Of a stretch of DNA of 64,000 nucleotides, positions 11,079-21,703 are shown piece after piece. The notes below the pieces were generated by a model that ran no database searches, had not been told where the DNA came from, and saw only the letters and a list, made by a program, of their open reading frames with translations. Every line of letters starts with the position of its first letter. The first letter of the stretch is position 1. A program made the translations under genes and the position numbers. The DNA is from Paramoeba atlantica (lineage: Eukaryota; Protista; Discosea), in the NCBI GenBank assembly GCA_977017575.1, contig CDRNVI010000040.1:434001-498000 (forward strand). Direction: 5' to 3'.

Positions 11079-12446
11079 ATGAATGGTGTCACAGGTTTTC
11101 TTCGGAAACAAAGAACTGGTCGATCTGCGTTTCACTTTACAGAGCATCGTCTGATCGAGAGGTCTTCAATGTTCAAATCTATGCCGTCAGAAAGTGTGAA
11201 GTCCTTTGCAGATCATGAGCTGGTTGGACTTCATAAATCGTATCGCTCTCTTTCTTTCTCTGGGCAGCTGGAGCTCATGCAAGTTACAAGGCAACGGATC
11301 TGCAAGTCGCAGGATGAAGCATCCCAGTGCCTTAGCAAAAATATGGATCTTCTCTTGGAATTGTTAGAGTACATGGGTCGAAATCATAATTATGACGCTG
11401 CACTGTCATTTTATGTTGTGGAAAGTTTGAAATCGTTCCAAAGTGGAGAGTGGAATGCTGAGAGGGCGGTTCAGTATTTGCAAGCGCTCTCAATTTATCG
11501 TTATCTATATGATTACAGCCTCCAAAAGAAATGTCTTGAATGCTTAAGCGCCGAAGTAAATATCCGTTCTCTGACGTCAAACACTCAACTGAGACTTTTA
11601 GAAATTGCACAGAATGTAGGTTTGTCTTCAGAATTTCTTGAACTATTGTGCGATATATTTAGAGATCGAATTTCACAACGATTAGACTTCTTGTCACAAG
11701 GTGGCGACGGGGGAGTGATCAATGGATCCAAAAAAGCAATGGAAAAACAACCCGATTCCGAGGACTTATCCGCCAATCTTGGTCGACTTTGCTTACGAGT
11801 TGCGCAAACTCTGCAACTGGCTAATCTGGATCACGAAGGGCTTTGTTCCATACTGCAAAAGTGGTATGTTCTGAAGTACGAGGTTACTTGCGTTCGGAAG
11901 CAATCAAGTGAAGAGAAAAGTCCATCACAAGTAACAGAAATAAATCCGTTAGACGTGGCTTCCGAATTGGATTTCAGTGAACACATTGTTATTGCACAAG
12001 CGGTTCTCTCTGCCCGTATAATGCATACTTTTGCCGTAGCATTTTCTAGGAATATTAGTCACCACTTAAGAAACATTGGGGGACATGCTCTATCCAGTGC
12101 GGTCGTTTGTCTCGAGGGCTGTGGGGCCCTTGATGAGCAGTACATGCGAAAATATATTCTTCCTGCGCTCAACGACTGCTTGTCGAAGTTTACCTGTGTA
12201 GACTGCATTCGTATGATTGGGGCTCTAGGGAGATCCGCGTGTCTTCAGTCGTGCATTGCATCAGCAGTTCTTCCGTTGTCGCGAAAGATACGATCAGAAG
12301 TTTATGATCTTAAATTCTGTCCACAACAAGCTGCATTGGAAGCTATCCCTGGTATTCGACGTTTGATAGGGATGGGAATTCTTGATCGCGGAGTGGAACA
12401 CAGGATACGCCAAGCCACACCGGCTCTAAGCGATAAGCGAATGTAG
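11079..12446 (+). CDS. Hypothetical helical protein, possibly mitochondrial
   Basis: 455-aa ATG-started ORF co-oriented with its neighbours; Arg/Ser-rich N-terminus; no family recognised. Confidence 0.7.
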   Translation: MNGVTGFLRKQRTGRSAFHFTEHRLIERSSMFKSMPSESVKSFADHELVGLHKSYRSLSFSGQLELMQVTRQRICKSQDEASQCLSKNMDLLLELLEYMGRNHNYDAALSFYVVESLKSFQSGEWNAERAVQYLQALSIYRYLYDYSLQKKCLECLSAEVNIRSLTSNTQLRLLEIAQNVGLSSEFLELLCDIFRDRISQRLDFLSQGGDGGVINGSKKAMEKQPDSEDLSANLGRLCLRVAQTLQLANLDHEGLCSILQKWYVLKYEVTCVRKQSSEEKSPSQVTEINPLDVASELDFSEHIVIAQAVLSARIMHTFAVAFSRNISHHLRNIGGHALSSAVVCLEGCGALDEQYMRKYILPALNDCLSKFTCVDCIRMIGALGRSACLQSCIASAVLPLSRKIRSEVYDLKFCPQQAALEAIPGIRRLIGMGILDRGVEHRIRQATPALSDKRM

Positions 12447-12664
12447 CCTAGCCAAGTCCTGAATCGTCAGTAGTAGTACTTTCATTTCCATTCTGAAATG
12501 CATCATAGTGGTTCTAAATCAGAGTCCACATCAGAAAACGTCTGAAAACTAACGAATCAGATTGCTAATAGTAATATGGCGTAGCTTTCCGCGAACTAAA
12601 GGACTTCCCTACAAGGCATTAAAATCGAGCAACACTGTTATTCGAATGTTTCAATAAAATTGCT

Positions 12665-13254
12665 GGTGAAAGTGAAGCATTATTGCGCCAAAAGAACACT
12701 TTTTTACGTTTTTCAAATATTGGTTTGAACCAAGTATGTTTTCTTTTAGAGCGTGTCAGATTATTAAAAATACAAACTTTTTTCACGGTTTATCACTATG
12801 AACTCCGCACAAAAACACAATTAATTAAGTTGTCTGCTGGAAGCCGAACCGTAACGCGCACTGATTGCTGGCGATCGAGTCGCTCGCTGGGAAACGACTT
12901 GCGGCATGAGACAGTTAATCATCGGCGATCTTTGGTGCACACCAACATTGTTGAACGCATGAATGAGATGCTCAAGAAGGCAGTACGATCCCGTGGGAAT
13001 GGGACCCTTGGGTGCTTTGATGAAGAATGAAAAGATCGACCAAAGTTTAGCGAAGAAGTCGTCAATGATCTGAAGATCGGAAATAGCGGGGGAAATCCTT
13101 TATAAAGCGCTTTTTAAAATCCTTTTAAACGCTTTTTTTAAATCCTTTAAAAAGGCGAAATTAAAAGAAATAAGTACTAGCGGCCCATAAACCTAAAAAA
13201 ATATCTTCATTTATTTTTTTTTCAAAAAAGGCTCAATAATGCTTCACTTTGACC
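12665..13254 (+). mobile_element. Internally deleted Merlin (IS1595-like) DNA transposon
   Basis: 25-bp TIRs GGT(G/C)AAAGTGAAGCATTATTG(C/A)GCC match at 23/25. There is a perfect 8-bp TSD, AAATTGCT, at 12657-12664 and 13255-13262. The interior encodes the Merlin catalytic motifs RTDCW and HETVNH...VHTNIVE...LKK. Confidence 0.92.
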
Positions 13255-14772
13255 AAATTGCTCTCCAACAATTGTGGAAGTATACATGGCATAAAGATGA
13301 CCAGGAGAGACATTTCCAATACCTCGTGATCGTCACTGGACACTATGCAGTTATCCTGTTCTATCCTGTGCCATTTCGTGCCTTCCACACCGATTTTTTT
13401 TGCCACAATGGCCACCTTTGGCGCTCACCTACATGTGAGCCTTTGCACCCACTTACAACAAAAAAGGGGTGGGAGGTAAACTCAGAGAAGGGGTATGAAG
13501 GGTAGCCTAATATAATAATTCATGATCGAGTATCAAATATTAGTACAAGTTCTTACTTAGGTAAACACAGAGATTAACTGCTTTTTATCTTACATTACCT
13601 ACTTAGCTTAAAATTGCGCTTTATGCTCTATAGAAGCTTTGTGCTCTTTTATTAAGAAGCTTTATGTCATAAAGAGCATAATATGATCTTTAAATATTCC
13701 GTAATCCTAACTCGTTCTGGTGTAAAAGGAGACTCCCCACCTTCACCTTCTGTAAATGCACTTCAAGATTATGAATTATCAAAGAATGTGCTAGCCACTG
13801 GCCTATACAACAGTGGTTGAAAATGTGTTCAACACGGTCGTGAAAATGAGATAATCAGAAAAAAGTTTCGTAAAATCCACCATCTTACAAAGCCCTAACT
13901 CCGTGAGAAGAAAGAAAACCGAGTACACCAGTCCTGAATCACAGAATCAGATAAAGCACTGCAATCTAGTCACCCCAAAAAAAACGAACCCTGTCAAGGT
14001 GCACCCTATCATATCTTTGTGCACGTGTTCCCCATACTTTGGTTAATTCAGATGCTTGCACGTGGGTTGGCACGACGAACCTCTTTAGTCAAGACTTTAG
14101 AAAGTTTGTCACGCTCGTCCTTACGTTGATCAATACATCTCATCAATCTAACCCGCAGTATTAGAACGTGTGTAGGAGGAGCCCACATGCTCAGCAGAAG
14201 TATGCCAGTGGAGGGTACGTCTTTGGGATATGATGACATCTTGAAGTACTGAGTCGAAAGAAGACGTACGGAGTGCAAAAACTTTACATACTCGTCGCTT
14301 CGAGAACACGCATTTATTTTGTACAAGTATTTCAATTACTTCTGCAAAACGGCGGATGTATCGTATATCTGCATTTTGCACTGTAGTGCGACCTCTCTAC
14401 ATTATTCTCCGTCTTGCTCTCCATTCTTGCTTACAAAATATTGTGTGAGTTTCACTTAAAATCTTAGTTACTTATTTTTGCCGTTTCGAGTATGGCTTGC
14501 ATTTTACGCGAGCTGCTTGACCGATTTCTTATTATAGTGCTTTACATAATAAGCATGATTACTACTTCTTGTAAAGATTGATGTGATATCTCTGCTAGTA
14601 TAGTAGCGACTACGTAGTAGTACACTACGTACGTAGTGTAAGTGATTATAGTAGACAATCGTAAAGTATTTCCTTCAAGCTTTGCATTATACAAAGCTGT
14701 TTAGCTTACAAAGCTTTACAATCATCCTGTACATGTAGGATAATGAGCTCCTGAGCTCTTTTTATACGTAAA

Positions 14773-16761
14773 TTGTTCGAATTGTCGGCAGGGCAAGCTG
14801 AGAGTTCTCACTCGCGTTTCCTAACAAGATATCTTGAAACGAGATGTTCCGCACAGCTGCTTTATCGATTTTCTTCTACTGCAAAGCCTCCGTGGAGTTT
14901 CTATGTTGACTTTGTTGATCTCTGTGACTACGATCCCGAACTGGCTTCCTGGGTCCTCAGGTCCCCGTCTGTGGCCTTATCTGAAATATCGCATGTTACA
15001 TGTCTTATTCTGAATAAGCTTCTTGGGGTAAGAGCTCCAAGTCCTCTTCTAGGTTCTATTGTGCAGTCCTTTCCGGGCTCCATGCAAGCTGGGATTCTAC
15101 CACATGACATATTACCTCGTCTCATTCACTTTATATCCCCGGTACGGACCGTCAAATCTCTACGCAGCGCTGATATTGGCCGAGTACTTAAAATACACGG
15201 GATTGTGTTGCGCACATCAGATAAAAAAGTTATCGAATCTAGGAAACGCTACATCTGTCGTCGCTGTGCAAGTGAATGTACTGTTCACGCAGAACTTGCG
15301 CTACACTATCGTATTCGGTCTCCGGCAAAGTGCAGTTCGAAGAAGTGCATTTCTACTTTGTTTCAAGAATTAGTGACAGATAATTTAAGAGACGTGCAGT
15401 ATGCTCGCCTTCGAGACACATCTGAGTGTGATAGAACTGTTCCCTTGTCTGTCAATATTGCCATGGAGGACGATTACGTTGGAATGTTACAGCCAGGTGA
15501 CAAAGTTTCACTTGTGTGTATTCCAACAATCGTCTGGAGTGCAGTTTATCCAGACTGTTCCGGGACGCAAGACATAGTATTGAAGGTAATTGGCATGGAT
15601 TTCCTTAGAGAAAACTTGGCTGAGGCATCAGGAAATCCCTCAAATAAGAATCTATATGATTTCAGAGAAGCCTCGAGCAGCGAAGAAGCCATGAATGCAT
15701 CATTTGAACATTTACCGTCACGGATTTCTTCCCATACCTTTTCTTGTCTTGTACAAAGAGATGAATTTGTTGCAAAGGCGTTTCCAGGCCTTGCTGGTCT
15801 ACACATCGCCAAGCTTGCTATCATAGTCTCACTTTCTGGAAATTGTCCTATGCGAGAAAAAGTGACTCAAAGAACGGAAAGTCATTTACTATTTGTTGGG
15901 GAATCAAGTACAGGCAAGACTGAGCTATTGTCGCACTCCAAAGAACTTTGTACTCGTGGTGTTCTTACTACTGGAATTGGCTCCTCTATGGCAGGTCTTA
16001 CAGCCGCAGCTGTGCGTGTGGGTGGGGAGTGGCATCTTGAGGCAGGAGCTCTTGTTCTGAGCGATGGAGGGCTATGTTGTATTGATGATTTTCATGCTCT
16101 TTCAGAAGCAGACCGAATGTCCTTGTTAGAAGCTATGGAACAGCAGCGCGTTAGCATCGCCAAGGCAGGCATTGTGACACAGCTCTCCACACGGTGCAAC
16201 GTATTCGCTGCGAGCACGGTCAATAACGTAGCCAACGTAACATGGAGAAGCTTCTCCTTGCCACTACTTAGTCGATTTGATCTTGTTTTTACCCTACGCG
16301 ATTTGCAACATCGGAGTTGGGATGAGTATATAGCAGCGACTACTCTTCAGGATCTACAGCGTCAAGAGAATTCGAATGTCGCATTCCCTTTATTACAAAT
16401 TCAAAACACGATACAATCGGCACGATGCCGCGCGCTACCGAGCCATATGCCCGAGGATATTCAGGAATTCCTGCTACGCTACTATACCCGCCTGAAAGAA
16501 TATCACGAAGGGGCGACTTCCAATCCAATTACTTTGCGCTGTTTTACGTCGCTTGTGCGACTCACACAAGGTCACGCTAGATTAATGCATCACAGTATTC
16601 GATGGGTAGATGCCTTCACTGCAGTGTATCTGATGGAGCATACGCTATATGAAACTTGTCTTTTTGATTCGCACAATGTTTTTCATAGCGTTTCGAGAAC
16701 TAGTCTGGATTATGAAGAAATATTTTCTATGATGCATAAGAAATTGTTTAACAAAGAATAG
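14773..16761 (+). CDS. MCM9: MCM9-like helicase (start codon unresolved)
   Basis: GVLTTGIGSS.AGLT.AAVR..GEWHLEAGALVLSDGG.CCID...EAMEQQ.VSIAKAG and SRFD; CxxC...C...C zinc finger; N-terminal MCM motif YVDFVDL.DYDPELA. Confidence 0.85.
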   Translation: MFELSAGQAESSHSRFLTRYLETRCSAQLLYRFSSTAKPPWSFYVDFVDLCDYDPELASWVLRSPSVALSEISHVTCLILNKLLGVRAPSPLLGSIVQSFPGSMQAGILPHDILPRLIHFISPVRTVKSLRSADIGRVLKIHGIVLRTSDKKVIESRKRYICRRCASECTVHAELALHYRIRSPAKCSSKKCISTLFQELVTDNLRDVQYARLRDTSECDRTVPLSVNIAMEDDYVGMLQPGDKVSLVCIPTIVWSAVYPDCSGTQDIVLKVIGMDFLRENLAEASGNPSNKNLYDFREASSSEEAMNASFEHLPSRISSHTFSCLVQRDEFVAKAFPGLAGLHIAKLAIIVSLSGNCPMREKVTQRTESHLLFVGESSTGKTELLSHSKELCTRGVLTTGIGSSMAGLTAAAVRVGGEWHLEAGALVLSDGGLCCIDDFHALSEADRMSLLEAMEQQRVSIAKAGIVTQLSTRCNVFAASTVNNVANVTWRSFSLPLLSRFDLVFTLRDLQHRSWDEYIAATTLQDLQRQENSNVAFPLLQIQNTIQSARCRALPSHMPEDIQEFLLRYYTRLKEYHEGATSNPITLRCFTSLVRLTQGHARLMHHSIRWVDAFTAVYLMEHTLYETCLFDSHNVFHSVSRTSLDYEEIFSMMHKKLFNKE

Positions 16762-16986
16762 TGGATCGTTATTCTAAAGTTCCAACACCTACCCCCTAGT
16801 TATTTGTCACCCACGCAACGCCCTCCCCCTATTTATTTGCCACTTTTCTCCAACAGAGGGGTGAAAATCAAGTAGGGGGGTATAGTACATACCCCCCACA
16901 GGAACCACATGGTTCGTGTACTGAGTAAATATACATGTAGAGGCAATGCCGCGTCTGTTGAGATCCTCTCCCCGATCGCGATATTA

Positions 16987-17307
16987 CCGTATACCCCCCC
17001 CCCAATAAGGTGCCCCCCCCAGTAAGAGAGATTTGGCCCTTTTTGGGCTGACCCCCAGTAAGAGAGATCTGGCTTGGGAGCCCAACAGGAGGCGTATATG
17101 GGGTAGGGGGTTGGTGTCTGCATGTTGGGGGCCTCGGGGCTAACCCAGAGAAGCGTTTTAACACGTTTTCAGAAGCAAAAAATAGAAAAAATAGTCAAAA
17201 AAGTTGGGAGAAAAGAGGAAACTGGCCAAAAAAGCATACCCCCCCCAATAGGAGAGATTTGGCCATTTCGACCCAAAACCCATTCTCTTACTGGGGAGGG
17301 TATACGG
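16987..17307. mobile_element. MITE of Tc1/mariner-pogo type, 321 bp
   Basis: Both ends begin CCGTATACCC and continue ...CCCA(A/G)TAAG. Flanked by TA at 16985-86 and 17308-09. Internal repeats of CCCCAGTAAGAGAGAT; a related internal fragment lies at about 53985-54060. Confidence 0.75.
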
Positions 17308-18337
17308 TAATTGATAAAAAATAGTCTACGTACATCTATCTAAATTTTTTGTTCTCGTTAACCCCTTGATATGTCTTTCGTTGTTTCCAAAAGAGAATCC
17401 ATCGCAGCTTTTTGGAAAGTAGGTATTTTCGGCTCAAGGATGAAGGAACAAAACAACTGCAATGTATCATATTGTCTCCGCAAAGGTTTGTCCCATAAAC
17501 AAATCGCACTGCAAAGAATTTTTTCTTTCCCACAGCAGATATTCAGCGTTCCAATTAATAATACTGGAATTCGATCCGGAACTGTTTCTGCTGTGAATAT
17601 TTTTGCTGCTCAAAAGAGGCACTTATGGAAAGGAGGCTTCGAAGTTGGATTTTTCCAGCATAGTCCTCGCAAGCGCAGACCAAAGCACAGAATTCGCACG
17701 GCGCGTAGGCGCAGAAAGCGGGTTCAAAAGAGAAATCGAAGCAAGCGACCGACTTCACGTTGTTTAATGAAAGCAGGTTAGCTGTCTTCCCTCTATATTG
17801 TCCTCCCTTCTGTGTACTATGCTATATTAAATTCTGTGCTGGAAATATACTGTGCCCCCCCCCACTTATTTGTCGTAGTCCCACCCTCCCACTTAATTGT
17901 CCTTTATATTTATGAGACTGGGCAGGAGGCGCCGCTTTTTTTGGGGGGGCTCAACTTTTTCCCTACGAACCTCATACATACAGTAGCTACAAGTAACAAA
18001 AGTGTTCAAATGTTTTCACAAATTTTAATGTTTTTATATTTTACAAAAGAGATGCAGAGGATAATGCAGTAATATACTCCCCCTCTCATTAATAATTATA
18101 AACCTCCAAAAATCATTAAAGGGATCGTTTATAGAAATGAGGGGCTGCGGGTGGGTGTGTACCGAAACCGCACCGAAACCGCGGTTTGCAAATCAAGAAG
18201 AGGCCCCATTTAGGACTAGAAGTACAAGGGAATTTTTGATTTATAGGGATGAAAGTTTGGCGATGGGCATTGTACGTTCATATTTATTAACTAGTTTCTA
18301 TATTGGCGCAGAAAATCATAGACTTAACTACTTTATA

Positions 18338-19256
18338 TTTTCTTTTTTAGGCTCTTCGTTAAACGCGGTGGTTGCTTTCAACTTAGAAGTCACTCATGCT
18401 GCGCGCTTCGCGTTGAAAACTACCGCCGCGTTTAGCGAAGAGCCTAAAAAAGAAAATTTAGCCGGGAAAACGGAAAGATTATAGCCAAAAATAGCCGAAT
18501 TTCGGGTAAAAATGGGGTCATTTTCGCATATTTTTGCTCTCAGAGCACTAAATCCGACATTTGCGCGTGGGAAATCACTCGTAGGTATGAATGGAAGCCT
18601 ACCGAACGTATTGGGTGGAGAATGCGACTCCAACCATACCATTCTTTCGACACAAAAATGCCCCTTTAGGTCCGAAAAATACTTTTTCACCTTTTTTAGT
18701 CAAAAATGGGTCATTTTGGGGGGCGCACCACGGTTAGAAGAAGGGATACCTTGCGAAAGCAACTGCGTAGAAAGCTAGTGTAGGTCCCAAACTATCAAAA
18801 TACAATAGGGGAAACCATTTTGGAAAAATATTTTTTTTGTCATTTTTTTCGCCAAGTTGAATTTTTTTTCAAAAAATTTTTTCCGAAAAAATCCGAACTT
18901 GGCGGACCCGTCCTGCGGATACGCGGGGGGGTCACCCCCGGGTAGGGGGGTGGAAAATGCGCGCCAAGACCCCGGCTACCCTTTCTGCAGTTTTTTTTTC
19001 GAAAACTAATTTTTTCGAAAAAATTTGCTCGACCATGCCCCCCCCCCTGGACCCCCCCCCTGGACCCCCCCCCTGGACCCCCCCCATGGACCCCCCATTT
19101 TTTTCAAATTTTTTTTTCAGTTTTGGACCACCGGAGCCCCCTTTTATATTTTTTTCTTCTATTATATTACTGTGTTCCTCTTTATATTTTCACTGTTTTT
19201 GTTCACTTTTTTTTCAATAATCGAGTGTAGAGCGGTAGTTTTACAACCACCGCAAT
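18338..19256 (+). mobile_element. Family A copy 1: non-coding repeat with hairpins at both ends and no TSD
   Basis: 5-prime hairpin at 18338-18456 (45-nt arms, 29-nt loop). 3-prime hairpin GCGGTAGTT-TTAC-AACCACCGC followed by AAT. The body is homologous to copies at 20127-24111, 27030-27177 and 37926-40118. Confidence 0.8.
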
Positions 19257-19390
19257 TAAGTACCTATATAATAGAGTGAACTGTGGGGTTGTTGATCCAA
19301 TGTATTCTCGTCGGGAATGGCTTACAGAGCACATAGATCAGGATATACTCCAAAACCGCCACTCAAAAATGCAAAGTAGATTATCTCGTT

Positions 19391-19495
19391 ATTCTTTGTA
19401 ACAGTATTCTTTGCAACAGTATTCTTTGCAACAGTATTCTTTGTAACAGTATTCTTTGTAACAGTATTCTTTGTAACAGTATTCTTTGTAACAGT
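19391..19495. repeat. Minisatellite, 7 x 15 bp ATTCTTTG(T/C)AACAGT
   Basis: Tandem units read directly. Confidence 0.95.
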
Positions 19496-20602
19496 ATCAT
19501 CTTTTGTGCTCAGTAGAAACATTTTTGCAGAAAAAAACAGTCTAAATATGCATGAAACTTTGGATCCATGTTCTACATCCGCTGTTGTCCTCCCCACCAC
19601 TTCTACGCTTCTCATCCTTCACCCCTTGAATCTTCACCTTGTCAGGTACTCTTAACCGCACCGAAACCGCACCGAAACCGTACCGAAACCGCAACGAAAC
19701 ACTACCCGCAGCCCCTCAAATTTAATGAGATTATAATTCTGAGTCTCACTTTTATAATTATAAACCATTTTTTATCTAGAAAGACACCTGTACCACATAC
19801 TTTGCACTAAAAATTGCTTCCAAGTTGAACGAAGTGTTTCGAAAATCAAGAATTTGAAGTCCATAATAAGAAAAAATCACTTATCGAATCTCATTAATAC
19901 TGTACCCCCCTGTTTATAATAGCCTCCGCCCCTCCCCCCTTTATAGGTTCTTTTTTTGGCAAACTGGAGAAGATTTTTTTTAATTTTCTTGCACTGTCTT
20001 AAATATTTTAATATTTTCATATGTTTCTTCGAGGTATGGCGCGTGTTCGTGCTGGACATTTTATTTTGGAAGAGCGCCGGGGCCCACTTGGCGATTGAAT
20101 AGTTCCTGGTTCCTCGTTCCCAAATGAAAAAGAAAACGGAATCATTATAGCCAAAAATAGCCGATTTTCCGGTAAAAATGGGGTGATTTTTGGGTATTTT
20201 TGTTCTCAGAGCACTAAATCCGATATTTGTGTGCGGGAAATCACCTGTAGGCAGGAATGAAAGCCTACCAAACGTATTGGGTAGTGGATACGACTCTAAT
20301 CACACCATTCTTTCGACCAAAAAAGGCCCCTTGGGGTCCGAAAAATACTTTTTCACCTTTTTTAGTCAAAAATGGGCCATTTTCGCGGGCATACCACGGC
20401 TCGAAGAAGAGATAGCTTGCGAAAACAACTGCGGAGAAAGCTAATAAACCCCTCGACACAATAAAGCACCCCCCTCTAAAATTTGTATGGTAAGTCCGTT
20501 TGAACTAATTCTTGTGGCATTTTGCAGATCTCAGTAAATAGACTTTGCGCACCTTGTAAAATTGTCCTGGGGTGAATAAGGTAAAATATAAGTAGACGAT
20601 TA

Positions 20603-20926
20603 CAGTGAAGTATTCAAATACGAGTGCATTGTATTACGGTTATTTTTAATTACGGTTATTTTTAATTAAGATTATTTTTAGCCCCGAAAAAAAATACTTT
20701 TTTTTGATGTCTATCACCATCGACCTCACTTTCATACGAAACACAAACCTTTATAAAATGATCACAGACGAATCCAATGGCTTGGGTGCTTAAAAGTTAC
20801 TCAAAAAGTGTGTTCAAAAATTATTAATTTACGAGTGGATTACATTACGGTTTAATTAAGATTAATTTTAGCCAAAAATAACCTTAAAAGCGTAATTAAA
20901 TAATACCGCAATTAAATATAACACTG
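20603..20926. mobile_element. Possible Tc1-type MITE inside the DD35E element
   Basis: TA|CAGTG ... CACTG|TA ends and repeated subterminal ATTACGG/TTTAATTA motifs. TIR similarity beyond 5 bp is weak. Confidence 0.4.
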
Positions 20927-21703
20927 TACCACTTTTTCTCCCCTGCACTTTACGCAGGCTTCTAGTCGACGATCGAAGCTTAAAACAGTTTTATTTATTT
21001 GCCTTCGGGGGATTTCTTTAAATGCTTTTTTACGCACCTAATAAGCGAAGTAGTACTGGAGGGGTTCATTCCACATACTCGTTGCTGTATCATTTCCCAT
21101 ACATTTTCTATAGGATTGAGGTCAGGTGAGTTGGCAGGCCAATTTTTGATATACTGAATTTCTGATTCAAAAAGATAAGACTTTGTCATTTTTGCAGTGT
21201 GTGCGCCTGCTCCATCTTGTTGAAAAATAAAATAACGGGGGAAAGGAGTCTTACGCAGGGTTTAAATATACGTTTCGCTCGTAATTGAGCTGTCATTGGG
21301 AAGAATAGCTAGATAACGCCACCCAACTCCAATGGCACCCCACACATGGCATTTTGGGGCCCAACGCATTTTCTGCCTTGGAGCAGCCTTTTCGCCCGGG
21401 GCAACCCACATTTTTTTACGCATATCATTAGTATCAAAGATTTTTTCATCAGAAAATACAATTATGCGTGAATCCCCATTCCATGCTAAGGCAAACTCAA
21501 CCCTTTTAGCCTTCTGATGTTCGGTCAACGCCATAGTAACCGGGCGTGGGGAATAAGTATATTTCATTGCTTTTAAGTCACGTTGAACAGTGCGTTTTGT
21601 GATATGTACCCCCTTTTTACTCAATCTCCCCGCAATGCATCTAGCGCTGCTGTGTTTCGGCACTCCAGCAAGGTCTTTTGGTGAAATAATGGTTACTATT
21701 TTT

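Noticed and set aside
13239-14381. Short ORFs on both strands as genes
   Set aside because: Under 100 aa, with no recognisable motifs and interrupted frames; probably decayed sequence.
14752-14754. Genome-wide UGA reassignment, as in Blastocrithidia
   Set aside because: TGA ends RUVBL2, the mS34-like gene, the EEP gene and an LRR gene normally. Long conserved ORFs have no internal TGA. The other in-frame TGAs are in decayed transposons and not at Trp positions.
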